Source of the DNA: Tricharina praecox
Lineage: Eukaryota
NCBI RefSeq assembly: GCF_024521635.1
Contig: NW_026250409.1
Span: forward strand, 1,426,001-1,490,000
Direction: 5' to 3'
DNA: 64,000 nucleotides
Shown here: positions 14,389 to 28,223 of the stretch, piece after piece
Layout of the letters: each line of letters begins with the position of its first letter
Numbering within the stretch: the first letter of the stretch is position 1
Program-made: the position numbers and the translations under genes
The notes under the pieces: generated by a model
The model's input: the letters and a program-made list of their open reading frames with translations, nothing else
What the model was told of the DNA's origin: nothing
Databases searched by the model: none

Positions 14389-14424
<36 letters not shown>
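14366..14424. repeat. (GT)n tract followed by an ~33-nt poly-G run upstream of the monooxygenase ATG
   Basis: Directly visible. Confidence 0.9.
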
Positions 14425-14425
<1 letters not shown>

Positions 14426-17400
14426 GCTCGACAATGGAGGTTGTAGCTGTGGCGTTGTCGCAGATGTTGTGGTCGTGAGGTGCAGCTGTGATATGTAGAG
14501 ATGTAGAGATGGTGGCTCTTCTCGGGCTGAGACTGAGAGCTAGCTAGTCGACTTTGGATCCGTCTTGCAGATGATGCCTCGACCAGAGAGAGCGTCGAGA
14601 TGTGGACGTATGACGGTTAGCCACCGGAGGAGTTGATTGAGTAGTAGGAGGGCGATTGCGAGGTTTTGCAGGCGAATGGATACTCTGACGGTGAAAGGAC
14701 GAATGAGAGTGATGGTGGTTGGTCTATGGAAGCTGGTTGATGGTGAAGGGAGAACGGGTAGTAAATAGGAAAATCCCACCACCACAGGCCTCGAGGCATC
14801 CGAGACCCTTGAAAGGACCGCATTGCAACCGGCTCACAGTAATTGAATGCGATGCCGTAGAGCGGGACTGGAACTATTTTTTCTGTTGTGATTGAGAGAA
14901 AAAGGTCCACGGGAGAAGACTGTGGGATCCATGTCTAGCTGTCAAGCAATGGGACCTGGGCACTATAGGGTGGGTCTGGGATGGTTGCTGGGGTGGGGTG
15001 GGGGGGGGGGGGGGGGGTGTGTGATAGTGATGGTGGTGGAGGTGGTGGAGAAGGAGTCGGAAGAGGAGGAGATGGTAGTGGAGGTGGAGGCAGTGGAGGT
15101 GGAGGTGGAGGTAGTGGAGGTGGTGAGTGGATTGCCTGGCTGGCTGGCACTAGTCGGTCGCATCAGATTGAAGAACTCCGAACGGTACGCTAGCATCCTA
15201 GACTACCGTCTTTTTGGCGAAGGGGTGAATTAGGGTGTCCCTGTTCACCTTCTTCTGAGTCGCTGTCTCATCCCACTCCTAGCTTCCGATCTGTGAATCT
15301 GTGAATCTGTGAGCCGGTCGGGGTCCCTTGCAGGGGATAGGTATAGCAGCGACTTGGACTCGAGGGCCATGCAGCCGGATGGTGGATGGGTGCATGGACG
15401 ACGAGGGAAGATGTATCCACCCACAGCCATGCGTCCGTTACAGATGCGTGATGCGTGCTGTATGATGCACCGGCTCTGCTGCGGGGCTCTTTCTCTTCTC
15501 TGGTGACTGGCACGGTCTGCACCAGGCGTTGAAGACATCCCATTCCATTTTGTTCCCCACGGACGGACAAACAGCGCAGACGCATACCCGCAGACCCGCC
15601 CACACACACAACCTCGCACACACACTCTCTCTCTCGCACGCACACAGCCGTCCGGATCACCGAAGGCCGCCGAGAGCGCGGTGCTTTCGTCGCAGATGTC
15701 TCCGGAGTCGGCGTGTTTTGCGAACAACATCCATCCCACTTTGGACACCCCACCAATCTGCCACTGCTCAATCTGGCCCCCGCATGTAGTTAAGTAAGTA
15801 GCAATGGCAGGCAGCATGGCGTCCGTCGCTGCCAGTGCCCGCCCTCCCGCCCGCCCCACCCGCCCACCCGCCGGTTCGACTGGTGGCAGACCTAGAGTAG
15901 ACCCTCCAGCGGAAGCTAGAGTATGATACCTAGACCAGAGAAAAGAGCCCAATGCCCATTGTCCGCTCCCATCCCCGTTCGTTCGTTCAATGCAGACTCA
16001 GCGATACATATCTGATGTCAGCAAGCAGCCGTTCGGAGAATTTCGACTGACTGACTGACGCTTCAAACGAAGCTGTGAGTGGAAACGGGGCTTAAGACCG
16101 AGCCGTAGCTACTCTAGAGTAGCAACTGCTGGCTCTCTCGCTTGTCAGCAACCCGCCTTGTACAACCGCACAGCAGCGGGTGATTCCTCTCACGAGAGAG
16201 AAGGGACCTCTCTAGTAGTGGAGTAGAGTGAACTGGAGTGGAGTAGAGCAGAGTGGTTCCTCGCGCGGGTGTTGAACCCTCCCTCTGCCCATCGCCTCCC
16301 CATTAGCCGCACCGAGCTCCCTCCAGCGGCTGTATGTATGGAGAGTACAACTGTACAGCTTTCCACATGTCTGCCGACGTACAAGTCGCGATATCTCTGA
16401 CCCGAAGCTGCGCGATAGCAATCTCACGTGCGTCGTGTGTGCTGCAGCACAGAGTGCGACGAGATGACGACGACGACCTGACCCGGTTTTCACGAGCGCA
16501 GTACATACTGCTGTACATACATACATTCGCTTGACAGCGGGCGGCCGGTCGGCACTGCTGCTGCTGCTGCTGCTGCTGCTGCCATCGAGTCTGTACTGTA
16601 CTGTACTCCAGCCGAAGAGCCAGTAACCCGGGTATAGTGGAAGTAGAGTACACTGGGTAATGTCCTGCATGCTTCCTCGTCCTCCTCGTCTGCTTCCTAC
16701 GACGGTACTGTACTGCTCCTACGTACTCTACGATTGTGATTGTGATTGTGATTGGCGATTGTGATTGTGAAGAGAAAAAAATTGATTTTTTTTGCGAGTA
16801 TGTATGGATGTAGGATGTAGGGTGTAGTGGGTTCTTGGTTGGCCGGCATGTGCAAGATTCTCCGGACCCAAACAGCATCGCCGGAAAAAACGGGAATCCG
16901 GTCCTACGTACAAACAATGTACCTAGACACCGCACTTGCGTGCGAAAACAGCGAGTCCATCTCTGCCGTATCGTATCGCACACCACCCGGTTGACCATCC
17001 ATCCAGTCCAGCCCGGCCAGCCAGCCAGCCAGCCAGCCAGCCCTGTCCGATCAATTATCAATATCGCTCGCTCGCCTCACCTCAGCCGTTTGTTCCGCTT
17101 TCCACTTTCCGCTTTCCCGGGTCGCTGGAACCAGGCAACGCAAGGACACGGTATCCGCATCGGTTGATTGATTGATTGACTGACTGATTGATTGTTGGAT
17201 CGATCCGAGGCCTCAACGGTTGGCCCCACCGTTTGCTCTTGCACTCGTATCTAGAGTACCTATCTGCCTGGTTCCGGGATGTACATGTGGAAACAAGAAA
17301 GAACGAAAGAAAAACATCCGGAGTACATGGGGCGGACCCTGTTGAACTACTAACAACGACTCGTCGCACTCGTCATCTCTGTACAGGCTATCTATCGGTG

Positions 17401-18535
17401 CCGAAAGTGCTGTAGGGGCGAATGCGAATCCTGCCCGGCCCAGCTACACATCCTACCTACTCTAGCAAGGCCGCACCATCCGTGGACCTGTTGGTTGCTG
17501 GCTGCTGGCTGCTGGTGGCGGAGAGGGGAAGAAGCAAAAGAAGAGGTTCATGTGCGGTCCCTCTCGAGAATCACCGAGCCTCCGGCGCCAGAGCCAGCGC
17601 CAGCCAGAGCCAGAAGCACACATGGCGCAACCGCAACGGCGTTGAACGGCAACGGCCGCGCGAAATCCAGCGCCGGCTCCGGCTCCGTTCGAGCCCTACC
17701 TGCCTACCCGCGCCACATGGCCGAATGTCTTTCGTCTGGGTATGAGGTAGGTACTCTACCATACGAGGCAGCCCCATCATCTACAACTCTCTACAAAGAT
17801 ACGTCGCTTGCTGGGTACTTTGGCTGACTAGGGAGGTACCTGGCTGTACCATAGAGTAGTAGCGCACAAGTTCGCCCGATTGCTGGTTAGAGTACTTACA
17901 TACGGGGGGGTTGCTTGTGTGAAACGGCTCTACTGTAATGACTGTATGTGATTCACTATGGGCGGATTCGAGGATTTGAGGATTACCCCCCGGTATAGCC
18001 ACTAGTAGCTATAGTAGAGTAGAGTACCCACTGCGTGTGAAATATGAAGTGTGAAGAAGAGTACGCATGGTACGGTTGGTATGGCTGGTATGGTACGGCT
18101 GCAGCCGGTTCACATGGTTATTGGCGATCTTTAGTTCCTGACAGCGGACATTGGAAATTCTTCACCTTTACAGCATCGTTCGACGGAAGAAATAGAAGGA
18201 ACGAAAAGAGAATAAAGGAAGAAAAACAAAGCAAGAATCAGGCCATCAAGTATCTAAGCAAGTAAGCAATTGAGGAAGCAAGCAACAAGTACGGCACACC
18301 GTCACTCATCGGTCATCAACCATCTCTCGGTTTACATCCCGCAGTTATTTACAGGAACTTCCAAGAACTTCCAGTTCCGTACTCTACCTCCTCACCAGCC
18401 GTCCAACGGCGTGCCGAAACATCCGCTCGAACGAAAGCAAAGCCAAAACAAATCAAAAAAACAAAGCACTCGTTTCAAAAGCCGCCGCCGACGATATGTT
18501 ACTCTACGGTGTGGTGGGTATTGCACCCACGATCC

Positions 18536-18600
18536 CTCAGAGTCCCGAGTCCTGAGTCCTGTCCTGAGTCCTGAGTCCTGTCCTGAGTCCTGAGTCCTGA
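18536..18600. repeat. GAGTCCT heptamer tandem array
   Basis: About 8 imperfect copies visible. Confidence 0.85.
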
Positions 18601-21600
18601 CGATAGTAACTGTACTCTAGAGTAGAGTGAACGAAATAACACTGTATGGGCATTTTGACAGCGGCACCTCCGCCTAACGCATAACGAAGCCCGACGCCCG
18701 ACGCCCGAAGCCCGAGTACCGCGCTGTGGGAACTTCTAGAAGGAAGGGAAAGGTCGGTGGACATGGTCCAGGGGCGCAATTGGCAATTTCAAAATCCCTC
18801 TAGAAGCCCTAGAAGCCCGTGAAGATTGTTCTTTCAAAACTTTCGAAACACCTGCAGTGCGGAGCTTCTAGGGTGGACGCTGGCGCCCCCCAACTACCTA
18901 CATACTAGTAATGTCTCGAATTCCACTTCCTCCGAGACGCGACGGTTGGACCGACGGTGGGACCGACGGGCGTTTGGTGGAGGCATAATCCCATCCCATC
19001 CCATACCAGCCCCATCGTGGCGCGCCCTTTTTTTTTGTTTCAAAGCCTCATGGCGTTTCCCCTATGTAGAGTACGGTATCTACCTAGGATGATGATATCG
19101 ACCGGTCCTCAGCTTGGGGTTGTATGACCTAAGTGAGTAGGCATACCCTGGCATTGTCGGCGGCGCCATTATGTAGCGTCGTCGCTGGTGTTCTAGCTGT
19201 TGTTCTAGCTGTTGTTCTAGAAGGCCCGACCGAAGGAAAGAAGGAACGGACGGACCCACCCACTGAGCGCACAAGCCCTGGAGAAAAGTAGCCCCGGTTT
19301 TGGTACGTTTCGCTCTGCACTGCTCGCTCGGTCGTTCTCTCGTCTGCTTGTTTTCTCGCTCGCTCGTTCGTTCGCTCGCTCGCATGTAAGCGGGCCCACA
19401 TATGGGGGAAGAAGGAGGCCGAGTCTTTGCCGGCTGGCCGGCTTGAACATCGTGTTTTTGTCACTGTTTTCCCCCCCAAGCCGCCATGGTTGGGAATTCG
19501 AATTCGCTTCGTATCGAGCTTGAGGGCCGTGAACTGATCACTGTGGATGCTAGCCAACCGGCTAACTACCGCCAGGCTCCACAGTGATTGATCGTCCCAC
19601 TCGTTAGGAATGTTTCCGACTCCCGAGTCCTGAATCTTGAATTGCTCCTGAATCCTGATCCTGGCGACAGTTATCTCTCTCCCGGCGATAGATACCAGTC
19701 TCTACCGTATAGCCGTGAGGATGTAGGTTTGTAGGTAGGATGTATGCACCTAGAGCGCCCTACTTCCTGGCTGGCGCCAAGTAATTAACCGGAGTGCACG
19801 TAGATACTTATGCAGAGTCGTTAGTTGGTGGTTTGGTGTGTGTGTAAGTATCGTATGTATCGTACCCACTATAGATTGCCCCGACGAGACTACGTATCAG
19901 GTACGTACGTGTGTGTGTACTTGCCAATACTTTTTCCAGTACCTATCCCCGTACTCGTACCGCAGCAGTTACTTAGTTACCGCAACACAGTCTTAAGTCT
20001 CTCCGTGTGACCCGCCCCCCCCCCCCCCCCCCCCCCCTCACAAGCGCACATCGTGCCGAAGACCGTGGCGAAGACCGTGGACCATCTCCTTCTGCGACCC
20101 CTGAATCCGCCGGCAGGCAGGCAGGCAGGGGCCGCAGTCAGCAGGCTTAAGTGCCTCCGCACCACCGCCGTGCGCAGCAAGCAACAAGCAAGCACACTTC
20201 AAAAACCGGTAGCGGTATGTAGCGAACGAGCAGGCGGTGAGTGATGCGTGCATATAAATACCGTGCCAGAGCTTTCGAAATCACATTATCTAGCGCAGCC
20301 TGTGGCCTGCAGTCTGCGGCCTGCGGGGGAGAGGGGTAATATACGGGATATTTACTGAGTATCCAGGTGCGCAGGTGGGCGTACTGCCAGTCAGCTGCAG
20401 AACCTGGGTTGGAACTTTGAACTATGTATGAATGTCCCGACTTTCCGCGAGATTCGAGAATCCTGCTTCGTGCAGTGCAGTGCGGTGCGGTGCGGTGCAA
20501 TGCAGACGTGGACCGTTGGGCCGGGCGGAGGCTTTTTTTCCTTCTTTTCTTCTGGGAGCAATTTCGAAAGCAAGTTCTCACATCATATCGGTCCCAGGGC
20601 TCTCTCTCTCTCTCCTACCCCACTTCCGCAGTGGCCGGGTTCGCGGAGGATCTCGTGTTTCCTCCCTTCCATCCATCCGCAAGTTTCATCCAGCGAGCGA
20701 GCGGACGGGAAGCGGAAGCGGTAGGCCCATCTGCCTGTTTGAACTTTGACCTTTGTTGACCGGTCCGTCTGGTCTATACGCCGCGACCCCCGCCTTTCCG
20801 GGTGCGCCGCGGCGTGCTTCTATGCCTGGCGAACCACCTCCTTCCGCTTCCTCATCGGATCACCACATCGCGAGGGGCATCAGGATCAGGCGGCGAGGTG
20901 AGGCGAGTTGAGTGGGAGGAAATGGTCAGAATAACGTGTCACATACATCCATCCGAAAGAAAGAACGAAAGAAAGCAAGCAAAAAAACTGCAATTCAATA
21001 TCTAGATTTATATTAGCCTACCTCATCGCTGCAGGAGTCGTGCAGATACCGCACATACACTGCACACAACATTAACGTTCAACGGGCCTGCATGTGTGCG
21101 ATCCCGGAATCCAATCCACCCATCCATCCATCCATCCATGCACAGCCTGAGCGGAACTTTGGTATGTACTGTACAGGCTGGCTGGCTCCACACCGCCCCC
21201 TCGCGGTGGATGGATGGAGATATGTACTTTGCAAGTACATACTTCATAAGTATGCAATATAGAGGTATTATACTGCGCAGGTAGTAGAGCGCTCTGTTAT
21301 CACGATATCAGCCGAGATTGCCCGAAAAGGTACCTACTCGCAATCCGATGCAAGTCTATGCAAGGTACCATGGGGTATCTAAGGAACTATCGCTGGGTCA
21401 CAAAAATTATATAGACTATAATTTTCCGTGAGTGAATGTTGTGCGCCGTCAGCTCCTGCTGCTGCTGCTGCTGCTGCCGCTGCTGCTGCTACTGCGGCCT
21501 CGAGGCATGCCATGCACTGAGTGATCGAGTGACCGCCAGTGGTTAGCTACGTAAACAACCAACCAACTGGCAACTGATGATGTCCATTCCTCAGATCGTC

Positions 21601-24600
21601 GGCGTTACTCAGGGTCCGCTAGACTAGGCATTTAGCGCTAAAGTGTCGACACGAGCGGTACTTCCCGTGGCGCGCTCCTGAACGGGCGGAAAAAGACCTT
21701 CGAACGAGGCGGAACTGGCCTGGAGCTCGGCTGATTACCCGGATCGATCGCTACATACGAGTCTACGAGTTGCGACTACTAATCCCTATTCGGTGTTTCA
21801 GTACTATCCTCCGACGAGTGGGGCGGGGCTACGCGCAGTGTATCCCGAGGTACATGCTCCTCAGGTGATGGGGAGGTACCTGTAGATTTTGTGTATCATA
21901 GGGTTCAAACCTGCCGACTCTACCGTATTGTACATACGTACTGGACCCTAATCATACAGCTGAAACATAACGCCGTTAGTTACGGGTTGCTCGTACATAC
22001 ACTTCCAACACTTTTTTGAGCGGTGTGGAGTCCTCCCAGTCCTCTCTCCCTTCCTCACCTCCGACGATTGCAGACCATCCAACAATTCTTCGGTGTGGAG
22101 TCTCTCCCTCCGGTCCGCCGATTACGAACGACCGGTTCGAAGCTGAGTGTGCTCTAGGTATTGGTGTGGGGTCCCCATGTTTTTTCTGAAAGTTTCGCTT
22201 GATATGGACGTTGCAAGTGGTGGGTGTACAAAGTATGTATCAGGTCCCACCACTGGCGCCGCGGAAATGGATGGGGGTTTGCCGTGTACAGTACTTACAT
22301 ATGGGCGGGTAAACTAACTATCAACGATCCCATGATGTCAACAGTCAGCGAGAGCCGCCGCGCCTTCCTTCTGCATTCGCGGCTGCAATTTCGGCGAAAA
22401 TCCAGGCGGAACCTCCGTCTTTGGGTGTGGCGGAACTTGCCTTTGTGTTTCGCGGGTCGCTTCGCACGCTTACGGTCGGGTATAGTTACATAATGTAGGT
22501 GGTATATACTGTGAGTCTGTGATGAACGCAGCTTGCCAGCCAACCAACACATCTCGGAGTTGAAGTCTGAGGCGAGGCGAGTCCGTCTCTGAAGAATCCA
22601 CTGGTTTCGTTGGTTCGCTCGGGGGAAGGGGTAGAGGGGAAGGGGTAGAGGGGAGGGCACTTTACCGCGTTCGGACGAACCGACTCACACTGGGAGAGGT
22701 CCTACTGTCTCAGACTCGGAGAGCGAGTCAGATTTGAACGAATTCCCCGGCTGACTTGGTGAGCGATCTGGGAGGGGGGGATCTGGATATGGAACCGCTA
22801 CAGAGGAGGATTAGGAACAATTCTATGCTCCGGCGTGCCCAATTTCCAAACGGGGGCGGCGAGTTTTCTCGAATTGGCGACACCTGCGCTCTTTGAGGTC
22901 GGAAAGTGGGGTGGGTCTACCAGTATTAGGTTGTGGTTACGTAGGTGGGTAGTTCGCGAATGCAGGGCCTCGGTGATTCATGCTTAAGTCGCGGGTCTGA
23001 CGGGGGTAATTACGGTATGCTAGGTACCTACAAAAGCTACTGGGACGAGGCGCGTAACGACTTTCGGAGGGTCAGTTTGTAGTGTACCTAGAAGAAGGAC
23101 TCTCGGAGGGTCAGTGTAGAGTAGATACATAGAAGGTTCAAGGACGAAGCCCGTGGTTTCTAGATGCTAGCTTGTAAGGCGAGGCGACTCTGCAACGCGG
23201 CATGGAGGCCAGTACGATGCAAGGATCAGCTCGCGTGCTTGCTTGGATGTTGCTTGATTCGCCCTGTCGGCGCCCCCTTCCCAAAAGTCACGAGGGGGTT
23301 CCAAGTGTGCTCGAATTGAGTGATGGGGGAAGCTTGGCTGTCGGCCTTCGGTGAGCGGAAACCGGGCCCTGTCGTGTCGGCCAGGTAACCCCAAGTCAAC
23401 CCACACACCTTTGTAGCTACTTTCATGCCTGCTCTGCATGCGGCTTCGGATCTGCACCTTTCGGAGCGACGGAGAGACAGGATCCACACCACATTCTTCC
23501 ATGATACTAGCATGAAGTATATTTCCAACTGCTGACATGTGAGACGGAGCTAACCACCACCACGGCCAAGGAATCAGCCAAGACAGCACGGGGCTGAGAA
23601 GCCGGCTCCGAGCAGTGGAGTCCGCACAGAGTTTACGGGTATGTACCGGCATCACACATACCGGTATGATATAGGTATCGGTGGGACTGCGGAATTGCTG
23701 CGAGAATACGATTTCACGGAGAAGATTGCCTACCTTGTGGGCTGTTTGAGGCTTTTTGAGGGGATTCCGAAGCCCTTTCGAGCACCGATAGCCGTGGCAA
23801 TAGTGCTCGGTGCAGTTCGTATCGTTGCATACATACATTATACATATCTACTTCACATGTACATCAGGGATACATTCCGCCCCACCGGCGAGTTGAGCCT
23901 TCCCCTCCCCCACCGAACTGCGGTTTCAACTCTCAACGTTCCGGAAGCCCTCGATTGTTAATAGCTCATGCAAGCAAGCGCACACATCCGATTCCATCTC
24001 CGAGCGAATATCGCACTGTTTGTTCGGGAGCAACCCGTGGCAGATGTACTATACGGGCTCCACTCCCATGATGTGCACGATCGGACCCTGCCGGGAAACA
24101 GTCGTGCGTGCTTCCTTCTCGTGATCTATCCTAAAACATGCTTGACTCTATAACACCTATAGTACCTGCTGCTATCCCGTCCTTCGTACGGAGCGATTTC
24201 GATCACACTTGGCATGGCCGGCCTTTTGTCCACCACCACCGCCAACACCGCCACCACTGCAAAACTTCACCCGATCCCGTCAGCGCATCAATTGATGGAG
24301 GCATAATAAGCGATCGAGAATCCACCATGACCCGCGTCCGGGGAATGTTTCTTTTTCTCGATACGAGTGGAAATCGAATCGGTTGGTATACATATTCGCG
24401 GTGGCGATGCGCGATAGGTCTTCTGCCGCCGAAACTTACGATCGAGGGGGAAAACAAGGTGAAAGTACTCTACCCCACAGGATGATCAAGGAACAGAGCA
24501 ACGTCACGCTACAATATGGTCGGTAGCGTCGCTGGGCAAATCACTAAGCATCTCCGTGGTTGTCAACCATCTTTCTGCCTCCGCTTAGCTATGTGAGGTA

Positions 24601-25030
24601 TCACCGCTTACATACAAGCGGGTATCTCCGTTCGATACCCGCGCTTTGAAATGCGGCGAGTGCAACATCGTCGACGAAGCCGACCGCCAACCGTACACCT
24701 ACCGCCAGGCAACGTGCTCTCTTCCGTGGAGGTTTTTCTGATGATGCTTCTATCGTGGGGAACCTTCGAGAACGCACAGACATAGACTACTCTACCAAGG
24801 CACTTAGTTGATTCCACCGCCGCGCGCCTTACAAATCGTCGTCTTGTTAACTCCGCGTGCTTGGAAAAAAAATTTGGCTATCGACGACGTAAGTGATCGC
24901 GCATAGCTCGATATATATAAACTCAATTCCCCAACAAGATGGCGACAATTTTAAACCCATTATTGACATCATCACGAATCCCACATCCTACCCCACCATA
25001 CACCTACCCCACCAAACACATATCGCGTCA

Positions 25031-26357
25031 ATGGCTGCTCAGAACCCCACTTCCGGAAAGGCTTGGCTCATCACCGCCACCCAGGGCGGTCCCGAGGCGT
25101 TGAAGCAGGAGACCAGAGATGTTCCTAAGGTCGAGGCCAACGACGTGTTGGTGAAGATGAAGGCGGTGTCGCTCAACTACCGGGACTTGATCATCCCGCA
25201 GGGAATGTACCCGTTCGGTTAGCACATACCATCCGAACCGAGCTCCACCGAAGGATGTCCCCGCTGACTGACCACCGTACTATGCTAGCCGTTAACACTC
25301 CCGTCATCGCCACATCCGACGGTTCGGGCGAGGTTATCGCCATCGGCTCAAAGGTGACGGAGTTCAAGGTCGGCGACATGGTATCCAGCCTGTTCCACCA
25401 GGGCCACCAGTCGGGACTTCTGGACCCCCGGAGCATCAAGACCGGACTCGGCGGAGCCCTCGACGGTTGTCTGCGGGAGTACGCTCTTTTCCCCGAGACG
25501 GCGCTTGTCCGTGCGCCGAGCAACTTGAGCTTCGAGGAGGCTGCTACCCTCCCCTGTGCCGCTGTGACCGCGTGGAACGCCCTCTACGGCAACGCCCGCC
25601 CGCTGAAGGCTGGAGACTCCGTTCTCGTCCAGGGAACCGGAGGTGTCAGTATCTTCGCGTTGCAGGTAAGAGAAACCCCCGATGGGATTTTTTACGGCCC
25701 CGGGTTTTTCTGACAACTATCACGTTTAGTTCGCCAAAGCTGCCGGTGCATTCGTTATTGCCACCACATCATCCGACGCAAAGGCTGAGCGCCTGAAGGC
25801 TCTCGGCGCCGATGTTGTCATCAATTACAAGACCGACGCTAATTGGGGCGAGATCGCCCGCAAGCTGTCTCCCCGTGGAGAGGGTGTTGACATCGTCGTC
25901 GAAGTTGGTAAGTTTACTCGCTTCCATGCAGGCAGCAAGAAAAACCCCCCAGAACCAAAACCAGAAACCAGCCAACTAACGGCGTGCAGCTGGCGAGATT
26001 ACCCTCCCCCAATCCTACGAGGCGGTCAAGATCGAGGGCACCATCGCGATGATCGGCTTCGTCGGCGGCGCCGGCAACGGCGGCTCCGCACTGGCACCAT
26101 TGACCCGCGTGTGCACGATCCGCGGAGTGTACGTCGGCTCCAAGGCGCAGATGATCGACATGAACAGCTGCATTGAGGTCAACAAGATCCAGCCTGTGAT
26201 CGACTCCGAGATCTTCGACTTTGAGCACGTCAGGGATGCGTACAAGTACATGATGGCGCAGAAGCACTTCGGTATGTGGCTGCAATTCTGGCCGAGATGA
26301 GGGGTTGGGGGGTACAGATGCTGACTGTCAATAGGCAAGGTTGTGATTAGAATCTAA
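25031..26357 (+). CDS. Zinc-type alcohol dehydrogenase-like / MDR-family oxidoreductase; 5 exons: 25031-25217, 25289-25665, 25730-25907, 25990-26271, 26335-26357
   Basis: Motifs VSLNYRD, SDGSGEV, EEAATLPCAAVTAWNAL, QGTGGVS (NAD(P) binding) and C-terminal HFGKVVIRI. Canonical introns; TATATAA at about 24914. Confidence 0.93.
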
Positions 26358-27353
26358 GCGGCTGATGCGTCGCGACGAATGATGAATGTAATTTATATTG
26401 GAAGGAGTCATATCGTACCCTACGTACATACGTAACGAGACAGGAACGGTCATTTGCATGCTAAACAGTTGATCTCATTCAAACCAAAACACATGATCGC
26501 CACCCGCCGCCGAATCGAGATGCGGATAAGAATTGAAATTCCATGATATCATCAGTGGGACGGGGCGGGGGAGATAATCCGAAGATCACCGGTGAGCTTC
26601 TTCCGGGCATTGGAGCATCCTGAATAACCAGCCGTGACCTCGTTCAGGGCCCTGGGGGCCCCAATATAAGTTAGCGGACCCAGAGGTCAACGACTAACTC
26701 ATCCCTACGATCCGGAAGAAGAAGAGAAGAAGAAGAAAAAGATCTCTTGAATTCCGCGTACCCACTCTACCGTAGAGTACTGTACATAGACCCTTTGATC
26801 TCGCATGTGCTATGAACCAGTGAATCCAGCTGGGTATGGGGATACCGGTTCCGATCCTTGACTGGCGACTCTTCGCCGCATCGAAGAATCCCTCAAACCA
26901 GGAGGAGAGGCTAGGACTCCACTATTCGCTACAGCAAACGGAGACTTCGGTGCGGGTACGCTGGGGATCTCTCTTCCCTTCACTATTTCCAGTTCCAGTC
27001 CCCTTCCCCCATAGAGTAATCGAAGCCACCCCGTAGAGAAATTGGAATAATCTATCCAGGTAGCAGGTAGCATAAAGTACAGCGCGGACCGGGCCGCTGG
27101 TCGGCGGGTGATGTCTCATGTCTCATGTCTTATGAGGCAGACAGCTCGCATCCTGCTCGTTTACTTTCTCCCGGTGACGAGACTCGAAACGTTGAAACTT
27201 CGGATAAGCTTCATGAGGACTCAGGAGGCGGTGGAGGACCGGTCTGGACTGAACTAGATCATAGGTAGGTTGGTACCTAATGTGTGTATGGATGTAGGCC
27301 GCAGTAAAGTTTCCCCGAAACTTGTTACTTCACTGCAGCTTTCCAGCCTGATG

Positions 27354-27780
27354 GGATGGGTAGGATGGGGTAAGACGGGTAGAACGGGTACCTAGAGTAT
27401 CGAGCAAGCGAATCGTCCGACCGTGGTGACTGGGCCGGTAACGAGTGCTCACGGCGGCCCCAAGTCATGGCACCACTGCTCTGCACACACACACTCTCTC
27501 TCTCTCCTCGTCAGGAACCAACGGCAGCTGTATCTCTTCGCAGCTTCGCTAGAAGAGGTGTGACTGTGACCATCGATAGGATGGGTAGGATGGATTATCG
27601 AGCAAGCGAGTCATCAAAGTTCCAACCGACCGTCGTCCGGGGGTGTTGCAGTGTTCACGGCGGCCCCAGTTCATGGCACCACTACTCTGCACTCTCTCTT
27701 TTCTTCAGGAAGCGACGGCTACTGTATCCCTTCGCAGCTTCGCCGCTTCGCTAGAACAGCCGTGACCGTGACCACCATCC
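27354..27780. repeat. Diverged tandem duplication, two units of about 200-225 bp
   Basis: The blocks GGATGGGTAGGATGG, ATCGAGCAAGCGA, TCACGGCGGCCCCA..TCATGGCACCACT and CTGTATC.CTTCGCAGCTTCGC occur twice in the same order. Confidence 0.85.
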
Positions 27781-28143
27781 CCCTACCCCCCAAGTGCCGT
27801 CCCCTGGGCCTGGAGCCTGGGTTCATACAGGCAAAACAGTCGGTATCTCGATCTTCAAAAACTCGGTATTGGCAAAACTCATTACTAGGTATATAGCAAC
27901 GTCTACTTATCCTGATCGCCGCCTGGGTTCGGGGTGACTAGTGCGGTTGCTTCCGCTTATCCGGTGCTTCAAGGGAACCGTATGCATCATACGTACCGTC
28001 CATCCACTTCGCTTCATCAGCAGCTCAGCTTACATATCGAACCGAACGGCTCGGGAACATTCTGAAACCGTTCCGCGTACACAGTACTCCAGAGTACTAA
28101 AAACTAAAAACCACGCGGTCGAAGAGACGGCAAAAAGAGAATT

Positions 28144-28223
28144 TGATTCAGCCGGGATTTGAACCCGGGTCGGGCGCAGAATGCTGGTGGCAAGCGCCCA
28201 TGATACCCCTACACTACTGAATC
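28144..28223 (-). tRNA. tRNA-Gly(GCC)-like gene with a 9-nt intron (copy 1)
   Basis: Full cloverleaf: acceptor GATTCAG/CTGAATC plus A73, D-arm GTGT-AGGGGTA-TCAT, anticodon stem GGCGC/GCGCC with loop TT-GCC-A[intron]T, T-arm CCGGG-TTCAAAT-CCCGG. Mature length 71 nt; T5 run about 8 nt downstream. Confidence 0.85.

Noticed and set aside
28144..28223. Reading the anticodon as TGC (Ala), or calling the family a classical SINE
   Set aside because: D-arm spacing fixes the anticodon stem as GGCGC and the anticodon as GCC, and there is no G3-U70 pair. The copies share no 3' body, tail or TSD.
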